A model generated the notes under the pieces. The model saw only the letters and a program-made list of their open reading frames with translations, searched no databases and was not told the origin of the DNA. From positions 3,018,147 through 3,082,146 of the forward strand of contig OZ199838.1 in assembly GCA_964304625.1 (NCBI GenBank): 64,000 bases of DNA, in the 5' to 3' direction. Each line of letters begins with the position of its first letter. Position 1 is the stretch's first letter. This document shows, in pieces, positions 1 to 13,463 of this stretch. The translations under genes were made by a program, and so were the position numbers. Origin of the DNA: Kudoa neothunni (taxonomy: Eukaryota > Animalia > Cnidaria).

Positions 1-499
1 TTTTTTCGCGATGGGAATCTAAGTACTCAGAGTAAATTCCTCGGATATACAGCATCCAATCAATTACAGTGTGCTCAGAACCAATACACAGCTGTCTACA
101 TGTTGTTTTTATGTGACTTATTTATGCCATTTAGATTAAAATACATCAGGGAAAATATCTGCCATAACGATGTGACCCCCCCCAAAAAGGTTCCTTTTCT
201 GATTGAATATTTTTTTCCAAAAATATATACAAATCATTAATATTTTTTTTGATTTACCAGATACACATCTGATAAGCGTTTATTGCACTTTTTAATTTTT
301 GGCAACAGCCCCAAATTTTTTAAAATCGGGTTTAAAAAAAACGTCTTCTAATAACAAAGTGTTTATATTATCTATCGAAAACCCTATTATAAAATATCGA
401 TACACGAGTCTTCCTGACAACCGACTATGAATCCCCCCCCCCCCCCCAACTGCAGTTTAGCCAAATATTTTTATCTGTTGCATCTAAGAATTGTGTTTG

Positions 500-1150
500 A
501 GGAATGATCTACGCAATAATACCTGAAGCATCTCTGGCACCGTTTATTTGTTTTTTATTTTTACTTCACTCACAATACTCACATCCAGAATGTTTGGATC
601 CCATAGGTGGATTCTTTTTCGAATCGACGATTTTCTTAGATGTTTTCTTGATCGCTTTATTTTCGGACGAATTTTTTGTCAATAAGGGATTGTAAATTTT
701 TTCGGCCATCGGTTTCAAAAATTACACCTCATGTGGTGCTATCATTAAAAATTCCCTAAATTATGCAAATGCGTTGACTAGAGATAAATCCGCCATGTTA
801 AAAAATACTATTAGAGGCCAATTTCTTGTGAATCTGCGTACAGAAACCGACGCTACCATCCTATCAATATCATCGATTCCCCCTTTTTGTTTCGTTGTTA
901 CTTAGAATCATCCGAGGCTTACATATAGTTGACTCATCGCTGATAGAATCATCAGTGGTACCACTCGTCAACAGAATTACCCGCTTTCGACTTATTACAA
1001 ACATAAGACGTCAGCTTGAATTATTCGTAATACACGAAAGTACTACTCCTACTGTAAAGGGTTCTTCTTCTTGAGGAAAGAATTCAACGAGATACGGTAA
1101 TGGATCGTTTCTTACGTAATCCCCTTGGGGTGATTAAAATGTACACACTA
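500..1150 (-). mobile_element. Decayed piggyBac (PGBD-like) transposase, C-terminal part
   Basis: The minus strand at ~765-890 translates KGGIDDIDRMVASVSVRRFTRNWPLIVFFNMADLSLVNAFA, the piggyBac KGGVDxxD...RRWP..FF motif. Flanking frames contain stops and frameshifts. Boundaries approximate. Confidence 0.85.
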
Positions 1151-2149
1151 CCGGTCCCTATCTTTTAGTACGTACTTTTGGTGCACAAGCTCACATACAA
1201 ACATTAAAACACAAAACTAGCTATAGCTTAATTATTAATGAAAAGACGATTATTTTTTTTTGTTAAAAATTACAATTTAAAAATGAATAAACATCTTGAA
1301 TAGAATCAGGGGAACGACTTCATAATCTCTGGTTCTCATTGCGCGAACAATTTTTTACAGAAACAAAATATCACCGTCAGAACCAAACACATTCAAACCA
1401 TTACCGACAATATCTCGCCTTATCTTTTATTAGATTTTACTCGCGAATCCGACTCATTAGCTGGCAACATACGCGCTGAATCTTAACTTGAATCTCGACC
1501 CTCTTTTATTTATAAGCACCGTCATTTTGGATATAAATTTTCCCGTCTTCAACCCCTTCGTCAATCGCCACCTTGTGGCATAAAGGACAAAGCTTTAACA
1601 AATATACATTAAATTATGTTCTCCAGAACAACTTATTGACAACATTATTTTGCTTTTATACGAAAATAAATATTACAGAAGTTAATTGATCCTTTCAATT
1701 TACGCATTGGAAAGTAAGATTAGTCCCCCTTAAATTAAATCTTATTTAAATTAATATTTATTATAATTGTCGATTTATTGCTCTCAATAAATATATCAGA
1801 GAACTAAATTCAGTTTTTAATTGGATCAATAAGGAATAAACAATTCCTATTTAATGGTGCGCCTGAGATACGTAACCATTGTACTCAAATATTGAGTTTC
1901 TTGTTTTTGTCAACGGAATGTAATCAAATGATTGAACCTGAATTATCGAAAATGTTTGAGTAAGGTAACAATTTTAAATTTTTTGATAAAATATGAAAGT
2001 CTGAGCATCCAATTGCAATAAATTTATACACATCAAGCATTTAACAAAAATATTCTAATTCTTAAAATCTAATTCGTTTAAGTTGCTTTAATATTTCTAT
2101 GAATTCATCCGCCCTCCCAACCAAATATTTCTTCCTTAAAAATATACTC

Positions 2150-3000
2150 GTCAGAGTAACTAAAATATATTGGATATTTCTTTATACAAAATTATTTTAC
2201 CTCTGATAAAGATATTTTCTTGCCCCATTTTTTGGTAATGAAATCTTTAGCTGATGCCAGTAGCACTCAATGGTATTGGTATGAGAGCCATCAGGTGCCA
2301 CGTAAGTTTCACTATGATTAACTATCCTATGTTCGTACCCAAGGGACGGTAATATCTTGTAGACTTTAGCAGCGTCAGTTATGATAGTTGTCCCTAATAT
2401 ATTAGATTTAACATTGAATTATATCCCCATTAACCTGGCAAAATATATTTTTTGATTAATGGAACCAAAACTTTATGATTTCTCTGTTGAACGATCAAAA
2501 AAAAATATTGTTGGAATCTCATTCAATTCCTCCAAAAACCCATTGACTCACTACTCCGTGCCCTCTGTTATATTTGCGCTTTCCAAATTTGTTCTCCTCA
2601 ATTTCTATTATTTTTCCGGGGCCTAAACTTCACGGTATATACAAAGTATAGTTAGATTTTACCTCCAATTGGTTTAGAATCCATAAGCAGAATTTCAGAG
2701 GCAAACAAAACGAAATTCCTTTTTCAAATCAATTATCGTATGATCAAAATATATTTCCGGATCATTTTTTATGAAATTATAAGGGTATTTGTTCATCTAA
2801 TAATAAATGAGAAGGAGTATTTTCTGTGTATAAATATAATAATTTAGCCATAATATTACTTACTTTTATCTTCAAATTAGAAAAGGAGACAATTGAATGG
2901 TTTCTTATAGAGATGGCTTTCTGGCAGTATTTATTTATACATTTGTCATTCTTAAATGATGCATCTTTTCATAGGCTTACCTTGCCGTTTTTGTGTCACA
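2150..3000 (-). mobile_element. Decayed Merlin (IS1016/ISXO2-like) transposase
   Basis: Minus-strand peptides PGKIIEIEENKFGKRKYNRGHGVVSQWVFGGIE (~2523-2620), GTTIITDAAKVY (~2360-2395) and VNHSETYVAPDGSHTNTIECYW (~2258-2325) match the Merlin DDE signature motifs. The reading frame is disrupted. Confidence 0.9.
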
Positions 3001-3417
3001 TGTATCTTCAAATTTATTAAAAAGTTCTTTTTCAAATAAAAAAATCCATCATTTTCTATTTATTCGAGCATTATTTCGAAATTCTACTAGTGTAAAACTT
3101 CCTGACCATCTCGAACTTGACATTAATTTAAGTCGTCATAACATTTATTTATTATTAATATGTAATCCAACTTTAAATATATTTTATGTTAATTTTTGTT
3201 ATAAATTATAATTGAAATTATTCGTAGCGTTTGTTTATAATGTTTACAATTGAGAAACAAGCTTATTTGACAAAAATTTCTCGATTTTGCAAAATATAGT
3301 ATTATAAAAGTTATATCATTTTTAGATTTAAAAACATAAGAGTTTATGATTAACTTATTAATTTAAAGAACATACATTTATCAAATAAATTAGACCTAAC
3401 ATAGCAAATACGATATA

Positions 3418-5273
3418 CAGTAGGTAACCGATTTTCCTTAATCCTCTTGGGACCGATGAGAAGTTACTGAGAACACGTCAGTGACGTATTTTCCGTAATT
3501 TTTTGCGTGCGCGGGAAATAAAAACCACAAGAATTTTAAGGTTTATATTGTACCATACATACTCACGTATTTTTATTGAAGAAATATGTTATATTATTTG
3601 GAGTTTTATTTTGTACATGTATTTGGTAATTTTGCGATTTAAATTAATTATTTCCTCTAGACAATCAATTCCTCTCTCTATTGTGTATTTCTTTAGCGCG
3701 TTTAAACATTTAAATACATCTTTTGATGATATATATTCCGCCACATCCTAATCTTTAGTCACAGTATCACTACCATTTGAATTAGCAGATTCAACAATCG
3801 AAGGAGAAAGTACGTCAAAGTTTTTTGATGTAGGCATGACGGTTTCCTCTTGAATCATTTCAGAAATTTCAGCTGAGAACTCACTACTGCTCATATTGAT
3901 ACTTGATGAATGCTCGCACTCATCAGCTACAGGAAACCCTGATTTTTTGAAGCAATTAAATATGGTATCCTTTGAAACATTATTCCACGATTTTTCAATT
4001 AAGAACATGGATTTATACCACTGCGAGCTACAACGATATGGATTTCTATCAAATTATTTTTGTAGTTTGATTTAAATGAAAAAATTATGCCCGAGTCCAA
4101 AGGTTACAAAACGCTAGTTGAGTTCTTTGGAAGGAATATAAATGAGATATTCGACAATTGAAATTCCGAGTGACAAGTTGCATTATCGAGAAAAAGCAAA
4201 ACTCTTTTGTTCTTCGTTGTAAACAAATTATTCAAATTAACAAGATATTTCTTAAATATTTCCCCCGTCATCCAAGCCCTCTTATTTGACTCATATTTTA
4301 CCGGAAATGTTTTAACATTCTTAAAACGACGGGGGTTTTGTGGTATCCTATAACAAGAGGTTCAGTGCGATCTCCAGACATAGACGCACAAAGTAAAACG
4401 GTGATTCTTTTTTTCTCGATTAGAATTTGTTTCTAATGACGAAACATAGCTTTTTCCTTAAAAATATTAATACATAGGCATTTAAAGTGATATACCTCTC
4501 TGTTGCTGGTAAAACAGCGCAGTTTCTTCTAGACTGTAGATAGAGTCAGCGCCGCAACCTTTGGCTAAGTTATTCAATTTAGAATGCCAACTTTCTATAA
4601 CACTTGATTTAACGTAAGCAGCATCACCATGGAAAGTAATATTTCTTAAGTCAAATCGGGATTTAACAACACGAGACCAACCATGGGTCACTTCAACGTT
4701 TATGTTCAATTCTTGTGCCAATTGGTTCCTTTTATGTATGATAGGCATGATAGCGTGAGCAGACAATTCAATTTTTTTTGATCTGAAGGAATTCACCCAG
4801 TCATACATTAAATTATCGATATCTTTGTTTGTGCCCTGCTTAGGATTTTTTCTCTTGCAATAGGCTAAACCCGCTTCGTAAGATAAAACTATATCATTCT
4901 TCTTGCTCAAGATGCCATCAAGAGTAGAAATGGAGGGTTGCTTAAATTTACTAACAATAGTAGTCTTGGTACCTCTATAAAGTAAACTTTCGAATAACTT
5001 AATAATTTCATACTTTTCTTTGATAGTTTTTCTATTTTTAAGTTTACCAGCCATTAAAAAGGTAAAAAAACACGCAATGGCAAATTCGCTTCTAATCGAA
5101 AAGTTATGGAAAATGGGTCAAGTGTAAAAAACGCTTTTCCAATGTTTAATTTTTTTTAAGTTTTACAGATTATTCTTAAAAAATACAAATAAAATCAAAT
5201 ATATGGTTTAAATTATTTAGATAATATTTTAAATGAAGAAATTCCGAAGTTACTGAAAACCGGTTACCTACTG
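3418..5273 (-). mobile_element. Full-length but decayed pogo/Tigger DNA transposon (CENP-B HTH + DDE_1)
   Basis: Imperfect ~23 bp TIRs CAGTAGGTAACCG(A/G)TTTTC at 3418 and, reverse-complemented, ending at 5273. TA lies on both sides (3416-17, 5274-75). ORF 4482-5054 has the CENP-B HTH and 'IYSLEETALF'; ORF 3748-4008 has 'SWNNVSKDTIFNCFKKSGF'. The DDE region between them is frameshifted. Confidence 0.93.
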
Positions 5274-5989
5274 TATGAGATGCGTACTTAATATAATTAA
5301 CATTTTCAGCAGCAATATTTAAACATATATACCCACAAAAATTGTATAAACTAAAATATGGCTCTACTTTAAAAATAGATACTCGTTTGTAAGTTTTATT
5401 TTAATTAATCTGTGGTTTTTAAAAATAATTCAAAGGAAATCTAAAATATGGTCGTGCGCATGCGCAATGTCACCCAGAGACTGTACAGTCTGGCCGAATC
5501 AGATATTAACTCATACTTTTTTGAGCCGATGTTTAAAATAATTGCCAAGTCCTTCTAAATAAAATAGGGCCATCTCTGAAAGGCTCAATTTTTGATCAAT
5601 AAAATCTTCATCCGTTTCTGAATTATTGGGGAAGAACCGTTATTGCTACATTGTTATTTCTATGAGTTAGAGAGAACATCATTAAAAACCACGCTACTAT
5701 GTTTCTATAACATGTGTCTATGTTTATTCATCATTTTTCAACTAGCTTCCATATTGATACAACAAAAAATACTTATTAATTATTTAATCGTGGAAAATAA
5801 AAAAAGAAAACGCTTAATTTAATCACGCAGTCAAAACAAAAAGGTACGTACAACCGATTCTCACGTGACTTTTTATTTTTCATTTTTTTCTTACTAATTA
5901 TGCTTATAAATTATTCAAATCGAGTAATAATAGCTTTAAATCATTTTTGAAATCATTTTAAATACGAGAGAATCTTTTAATATGTAAAA

Positions 5990-7030
5990 TAACTACTGTG
6001 CGTATGACCGGTCCATCATTCTATCTCCTTTTTGTTTTTCTGAACAGTTCCCAAAAAGGTAAGCTTTTTCTGCAACAAGTTTTTTGCAAGGGAGAGTGAC
6101 GAAAAAAAAATAGTCTGATATAACATTCCTATCTTAATGGAATAATGGTGTTGGCAGTGAAAGAACAACAGTTTCAACCAATCCGCATTGTCGAATAGTT
6201 TCGTAGTTATTTCTCCCGAAATATATACTGATATTACAGACACAGTTTGTCACTGGATCAACTAATAGAAAAAGCTTTAATCCATATTTTGCCGGTTTCA
6301 TCAACATGTACTGTCGGAAATGTCACCTTAACTTGAACGAAACAAGTTGTTCGTCTACGGTTGCGTATTTATTTGGTGAAAAACATTATAGTAAGAAATC
6401 AACCCATTGATTCCATACATCACGGATGGGGAAAAATTTGTTTGTCAACTTTTTTTCGTTCCAATCGTGTATTAAAATCATCGAAATGGTGTGCTCATGT
6501 GATTTGAGTAAATCGATGGAATGATAAAATCCTTCTGAATATCTCCTTTCTTTCTTCTACACTGAAGAGCTCACATAAAGGCTCTTTGTCAGTCTTTATG
6601 AGTGGTCATCAATACGAGAAAACCAAGGTAATCTTTAAATTCCACCACGTCTAAGTCAATCCAGTCTTCTTTAAAATGTGTACTCAAAACGTGTTGTTAA
6701 ATGAAATAATTTGATTGCATCTATCATTGTTGAAAAACAGAAGCAAGCGTATTATCCTGGTTGTCGCATAAGGTGTAACTCCAGGTAAAGAATTCATAAT
6801 GTCTCTTAGCATATTTTAGTTGTAGATGACTTGGATAAACTCCATGTAATTCCGCATTTGCGTGTTAACTTGTTGCTGTGTATTTCCGGAATTTCAGCTT
6901 CATCGTCAGTAGTTTCATCCCTTTCTATAATTTGATCCTCGAATTCGCCGCCAGATGAACATAAATCGCCACTATACTCACTAAGACCGCCAATTTCAAT
7001 TCTATCAAACATTTGAAGCTTGCGCATTTA
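5990..7030 (-). mobile_element. Decayed piggyBac transposase
   Basis: Minus strand reads YATVDEQLVSFKLR*HFRQYMLMKPAKYGLKLF (~6270-6367) and LLQKKLTFLGTVQKNKKEI (ORF 6016-6243). ORF 6806-7027 is the acidic N-terminus. Multiple stops. Confidence 0.9.
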
Positions 7031-7549
7031 TTTTACAGTTGCGTCTCGATATTGCCTAATATTCTAGGACTGGGGAAAAACTACTCAATATCGAATTATC
7101 TGCACACACATGATAACTTCGGATTTAACATTACTTACAAAATAACTAATCTATTTTATAATTTTTTATTAATTTATTAATAATTTCGCGTAAGGCATCC
7201 TTAACATGATGTACAGAAAATAATTCAATAAGATTCTCAATGACACGTTTTTTTCGCGGATTTATAATATTTTATACTTGAAACGTTGTAACGATTTCAT
7301 CGTTGTTTATAAGATCAGGATCTTCACTCCAAAATGTAAATATACCCTGAGCATCTTCATTTAAATGTATAATTTCAGTCTCTTCCAACAAATAATATCA
7401 TTCAACATTATTATCTACACATATGAATATTAAAATTATTCTATTAATTACTTTATAATATTATTTCTCCAACAGATAACTTTAAAATTTTATTTTCTTA
7501 ATTTTTATTGGAAAATAGGCGGCTTATTCACTCAATTACCATTTTTTTA

Positions 7550-8270
7550 ATCGTAACCATTCCCAAACCAATTTTAACGTATTAAAGTAATCGAATTCGG
7601 CATATTTAAATATTTTTGGGTACTTCTCTCCGAATAGCACATTTTTGTATAATATTGGTCTTTAGTTGGCTTATAAGCGGTGAATTATTCCCAGATATAT
7701 TGGTTGCACCACTTTAGCTCTGTTTTTGATAGAAGTAGGAGCTGGATGTTTTCAAAATAATCGATCGAATAAGGACAATATTAGCACTGTTATAATAAAA
7801 TAAAAACCCTTCTGTTTTCTTTAATGAACCTCTGATAAAATACAGATGGAGATAATCACATATTCATATGCGAATGGCATTAAATTGAAAGCTCTTTAAT
7901 TCCCCTAAAACGTCGATTTTGCTTAAAATTTTATTATGTGTAATTGAAATTTTTCTTCGGTCATTATAGAAGTGATAGAAATAGTAGCACACTTTTGAAT
8001 TGTTTTACACCCTTACATTGTGCTAATTTTTAATAGTGGACGTACGCTGTATCAGCTGTTCATAAAAATAAGCTGTCTCATCCAAATTTAATATGTATTC
8101 CGGATTGTATCTTGACAATATTTCTCCTCCATAGATAAATATATATAAAATCAGCGCTCTCCTTCTCCGTGTGATTTGAGTTTTTCTTACCGTAACGCCT
8201 TCTTCAATTATTAAACTAATCCTCGGTTCCACTAAAATCTTTTTTTCGAATACCTTTGGCAATAATACAA
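7550..8270 (-). mobile_element. Highly decayed pogo/Tigger-type DDE transposase fragment
   Basis: ORF 8023-8262 contains 'YNPEYILNLDETAYFYEQL', the pogo NxDET motif. No ends were found. Confidence 0.65.
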
Positions 8271-11200
8271 GATTATTCGATCATTAAAAAATTAGATAAT
8301 AGATTTTTCTCCCACTGAAACTACCCAATTGTAAAAATTATTTTAATATCTTTATATTTTCAAGGTTTAAATATTTTTAAAGATTTTAAAATATTTGAAT
8401 CCATGGTTTCGTCTTGTTTAGAAAAATTTCTAGAGAGATTTAAGTAACCTATTTTTAATTATCGAAAAATATTGAAGTTAATTTTAATTGGTAAACCAAA
8501 TCGTCTTAAAGTAATATCATAAGCAACCGATATAGACTTATAAAAATTATGGTAATCAATTATTTTTATTATACCTTCATTAGTTTTTTGAGAACATGCA
8601 ATGCTTTTTATAGTATATCCATGAGATTAAAGGGATAAAAATCAAAAAATGAGTTACGCAATAGCGAGCCAAAAGGTGTTTCATAATTTGCTTTATATCC
8701 GCTTTTTCAAAATTTTTTTGTTTGTATAATTATCCATTCAAGCATAATGAATATCATTTTTAGTTTTAATAAGTGAATTAAAGCACATTATGCTAATAAA
8801 GCTAAATTACGCAATATCGAAGCACAACTGTATTAGATACAGCTACAGCGCAAGCGAATTCATGTAATTACTTTACGAATCTAAAGATTTTGGAATAATT
8901 GTAAGTTTCATGTCACTAACGTTGCGAAAACTTAATAAATATATTTATTCGTAGTATTTACCTCAGAATAATCTGGGGTTTATTACACACCAAAAGTGTT
9001 AGAGGATTAAAATTATTTTACAGAAGAAAAACAATTAAATTCTATTTTTATTCTTTATTTTATGCACTTTGAAATTTTTATTGTAATCTCATATGTTATT
9101 ATAATAATTGACATACTACTATGGTTAAGGAGCCAATGTAGGAGATGGGTGATGAGTTCTTTGCATGAATTTCAATGATTTAAGGCTATTAAAAACTTCA
9201 AATGGTCTAAGTAAACATGTGATGCCGCTGCAATAGAAATAATTGATTCTGTTTGTTATTTTTCTTCATTCAAAAATCAGAAAGTATAATTATTCAATTG
9301 CATGCTTAATTTAAGTGATTCTATGTATCAAGGAGGGGGATAATGCGTCTAAATCTATTAAGATGGTTTATTGTTTCTAAAAAGATAGAAAAAATTATCC
9401 ATTATTTTTCTTAATATTCTAAATCTTCCTAATCCTGTTATATTTAAGTTTTATTTTCCCATAATGTAAATCGACACCAATTATGGTAATATAGGGTATA
9501 ATTACTCCAAAATTAGTTGATTAATAAGAATGAATCATATGCTCGATTCTTTTATGGGATTATTAAATGGATTTAATCGAATTTATTTTTAGTTTTATAT
9601 ACTTATTTGAATATTTCAACAGTTTATTTATAAACTTTTTTAATTTAAAAAATATCTCAATGATTAAAATGTTAAAGGAATAATCAATTAATGATATTCG
9701 TTGTATTTGACAATTATTTCGTGATTAACATATATTTAAGCGTAAAATTTATTTGATAAAGCGTTTTAGTGAGTTATAAAATTATAATTAATATTCCAAA
9801 GCTTTAAAAATTATATTTTAAATAATAAATAATTCAGATAATTGAATTAAATGTTTTTTAGTCATAGATACGTAACAAACAGAACACAAACATTAGTGAC
9901 TTATTAATTACAAGGTTACCAGAGAATGTAAAAAATTATTATTGAAATAAAAATAATAGAATTTAAATCGAAGTAACGAAATATTGCTTACAAAATTTAC
10001 TCAAAATATGAATTTCCGAATCATAATTTAAGCATTAATATTTTAATATATAATGACATGTAATGCTTGAAGATATCATGTAAAGTGAAGTTCACCTCAA
10101 TAGTAAGTGACATACGTTTCTATTTATATACCTTAAAGATTTTATTATTATGTATAAAAATAAAATAACATGAATTAACTTATATTTATATTTACATAAT
10201 AAATACTTTTTATATTTTACTAATTTAATGAAAACAAAGTTCATCAAAAACCATAATTCATTATTCAAATAAAGCAAAATTTTATTTTAAGACTACATTT
10301 ATCAGAATATAATTAAAATTAACCATTATATTATTGTCACCCATGATAAATTGATTATACATAATGGAAAGTTAAATCCGAAAGAAAATATTCAACTTTG
10401 TCTCAATTACAAATAAACTCTTGATACTCCAAAAATGTTCAATTATAAAAATACATTATTTTCATAATAACTTGAAAAAACTTACCACAAAAGAAAATAA
10501 TTTATTATTATGGGTTGAACAAAACAATTCAAATCTAATGTTATTTAACGTTGGTTATTTTTTTAGTCAACAAAAATTTCCTTAAATAGAAAAATACTGC
10601 ATTCTAGATATAAAAAAGTTTATCTATTATATTAGTATCACATACTGTTATTTATTTTTACTAATTCTTAATTATAATTAATTAACTTAATATTTGCGTG
10701 TTATATTATACTCATGTATTCTGCATGAATATTATCTTAATTCGAGGTCGAAAGTGATATTTCTCAAGAATACATTTAATCGGATGACATTAGTTTTGAC
10801 TATATCACATTATTTTTGACATCTATTGAAGAGGCGAAAAATGAGAAAGAATCTATATTACATTTTGGAAAAAATATATCGCTTATGCATATCCAAAGTA
10901 GGAGTTAAAGGTTCAAAATAGGTCACAATGGAAACAAACATTCATGCAATTTAGAATTTAATGGATCCATGAGTAAAACAACTATCATGAAGATGATATA
11001 TACTTTTAAATAAGATAAAAAAATTCTAAATCAACACAGTTATATATTTTCTTTTCAATATCAAACAATACATGTCGGATCGTCTAGCATTAGAAAAACC
11101 TGAATGTAAATTACTTAAAAAAATGCAAATACTAATGTGGCTGAAAACGAATATTTTCATGCATATTAATGAAAATGAAACTATATTAAATATGTAAGCG

Positions 11201-11933
11201 TCATTTAATGAAATAATATTAATGTTTGTAGATTTATTATTAAGTAAAAATTAAATAGTACTTGATTATGTAAATATTACATCTTAAATGCCCACAGAGT
11301 ATTGAAGATTCCCTACTTACAGGTACAGGTAGGTAAGTATAAATTTGATATTTAATCCAAAAAGAGTAAATAAACAGGAACAGTTTATTAAAGATATTAT
11401 TTTACCAATAACAAAAAAATCATATTAAAGTAAAAATTTATTTATTTATTTATTTATTTACAATTTTTAGAAAGAATATTTAAGACGAAATCTTAATACG
11501 GGAAGCTTTTTTATTCATGTTCTAAATTATTTGCAAATCATATCTAATAATTTATTTTTATGTATCAAATATATTAAATGTAAAATATATAGAAATAAAG
11601 TAGCGTAAACAAGTTATAATATAAATTAAAAATATATTACTCAATATCAATAAATTTAATAATAAAGAAACAATTGAATACTTAACCTATTTTGATATGA
11701 ATTTAGCATAAAAGGAAACCTTTGGAAATAAGAAGCTTCCATAGTGTAGAAGATGAATAGTTTCGAGTGATACTATGCAAAAAATAATAACTATAAAGCA
11801 ATATTAATCTGCCAAAATTATTATTCCAAATCCTACTATTACGCATACACAATGCAATCAAATAGTGTTAATAGATTATTCGACTGTTGGTAGGATAGTG
11901 ACATTACCAAATATCCATGCTAGTCAATATTCA

Positions 11934-13463
11934 ATGTTTGTACATAGAAAAAATAATATAACATTATTCTTAATGTTTGGTGTGTTGGTTGACACTCATT
12001 GTCTCCACAAACTACTGTGGATCTCAATAGATGGAATAGGATCGAAATATGTAAACGACTCAACAATGCCATTTTTGAGTAGTATGAAGAAATTGGGTGC
12101 TTATAGTGATAATCTTGAGATTGATTTTATCGCTGATCCCTATTCCACATTGTTTACCATGTCCACCGGTTTGAACAGTCATTATCATGGGATTATTGGC
12201 GAAAATATGTGTAAAAATAATTGCTCCAAATATTTTTCAAGATCAAAAAATAGAAAAGAATGGTGGGTAAATCGTAACTACACCGTTAGGCCAATATGGT
12301 CTTTGGTAAAACTTTACCAGGGAAATAATCATCCATTATGCATTGATTGGCCTGGTTGTGATATTCATTTCAATAATCATTTTCCAATTTTTTTACCGGG
12401 AGATTCCGCGTTGGATTCTTCTAGCAGATTGAACATATCCTTTAGTTATATTACAAAGTCAATAATAACAAATTTTGTGTTGGTTCGCCTTAGAGACGTT
12501 AGGCAACTTTCCCAAGATTCTATATCCATTGATGAGCCCGAAACGATTATAAAAGCGATAAGGAACAACGACAGACAAATAGAAGACCTATTCAATCAAA
12601 TAGCCCATTCGAAATCATCACACGATGTACGCCTATACAATAACTATGATAGATATTCAAATAATTGTATCACCCCTTTTTTAGACTAACATATTAATAA
12701 CAAGCTCTTATGGTGGAAGCTTTGTTGAACCCAACAAAGTAATACCTTTGTGGACATACCTTAAAGGATTCGCCTTCAAAGTAGCAGACGAAGGGAGAAC
12801 AGTTTCTCTTTACGTTGAGCACGAATCTGATATAGAAAGAATTATTAAAAACCTAAATTTGTTTGTGACAAAAAATATGATAAAAATCTTCGAACAAAAA
12901 ACCCTACCCAAGGTATTTCAATATTCACTGGATGATCGTACTCCTGCTCTTTACATTGTCGCTCTGAATGGTTTCTGCCTAAAAATGACAGAAAAGTCCG
13001 AAGTATCTTAGTTAAACATATTAAGTCATTCAGTTTTATTAAAATTCAGGCATGTAAAGGATACAAAAGTGGTCACTCATCAGATAACAAAGAAGACGTT
13101 GGTTTTTTAATAGCTTTTGGACCGGATATCAACAAAGGTATTCAATTGTCCCAATTGAATCTTGTTGATGTGTATCCTTTGTTGTGTGCGCTGCTTTTTA
13201 TTGATTCTTGCAACGCTCACAACGGAACTTTGGCCAAAGTGGTGACAGCTCTTTCAATGAATCACCCGGTTCTAAGTGATTTACCTGGCGCAAAAACAGT
13301 CATCACCATCGTGATTATAATTGCAATTCTATTTACGGTAATAGCATTCGCGTATTCGTACCTCTCAGAGCTCTACAATTCTAACGATAAAGTATCAAAT
13401 ATGAAGTCGTACCTAAAGTCCGCCCAAACCTATGAACTGATCGATCAAAGCTGTGGTGAATAG
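11934..13463 (+). CDS. ENPP4/5/6/7-like type I membrane phosphodiesterase-family protein, ~474 aa, probable pseudoenzyme (3 exons)
   Basis: Exons 11934-12626, 12685-13002 and 13050-13463 join in frame through GT-AG introns of 58 and 47 nt. There is a hydrophobic N-terminus, the motifs LLWISIDG, TGLNSHYHGIIG, EWW...PIW, WPGC, FLIAFGPD and VDVYPLLCALL, and a C-terminal transmembrane helix. Confidence 0.85.

Noticed and set aside
10700-11330. Gene-like plus-strand stretch
   Set aside because: Several stops, no consistent splicing and no recognisable family.
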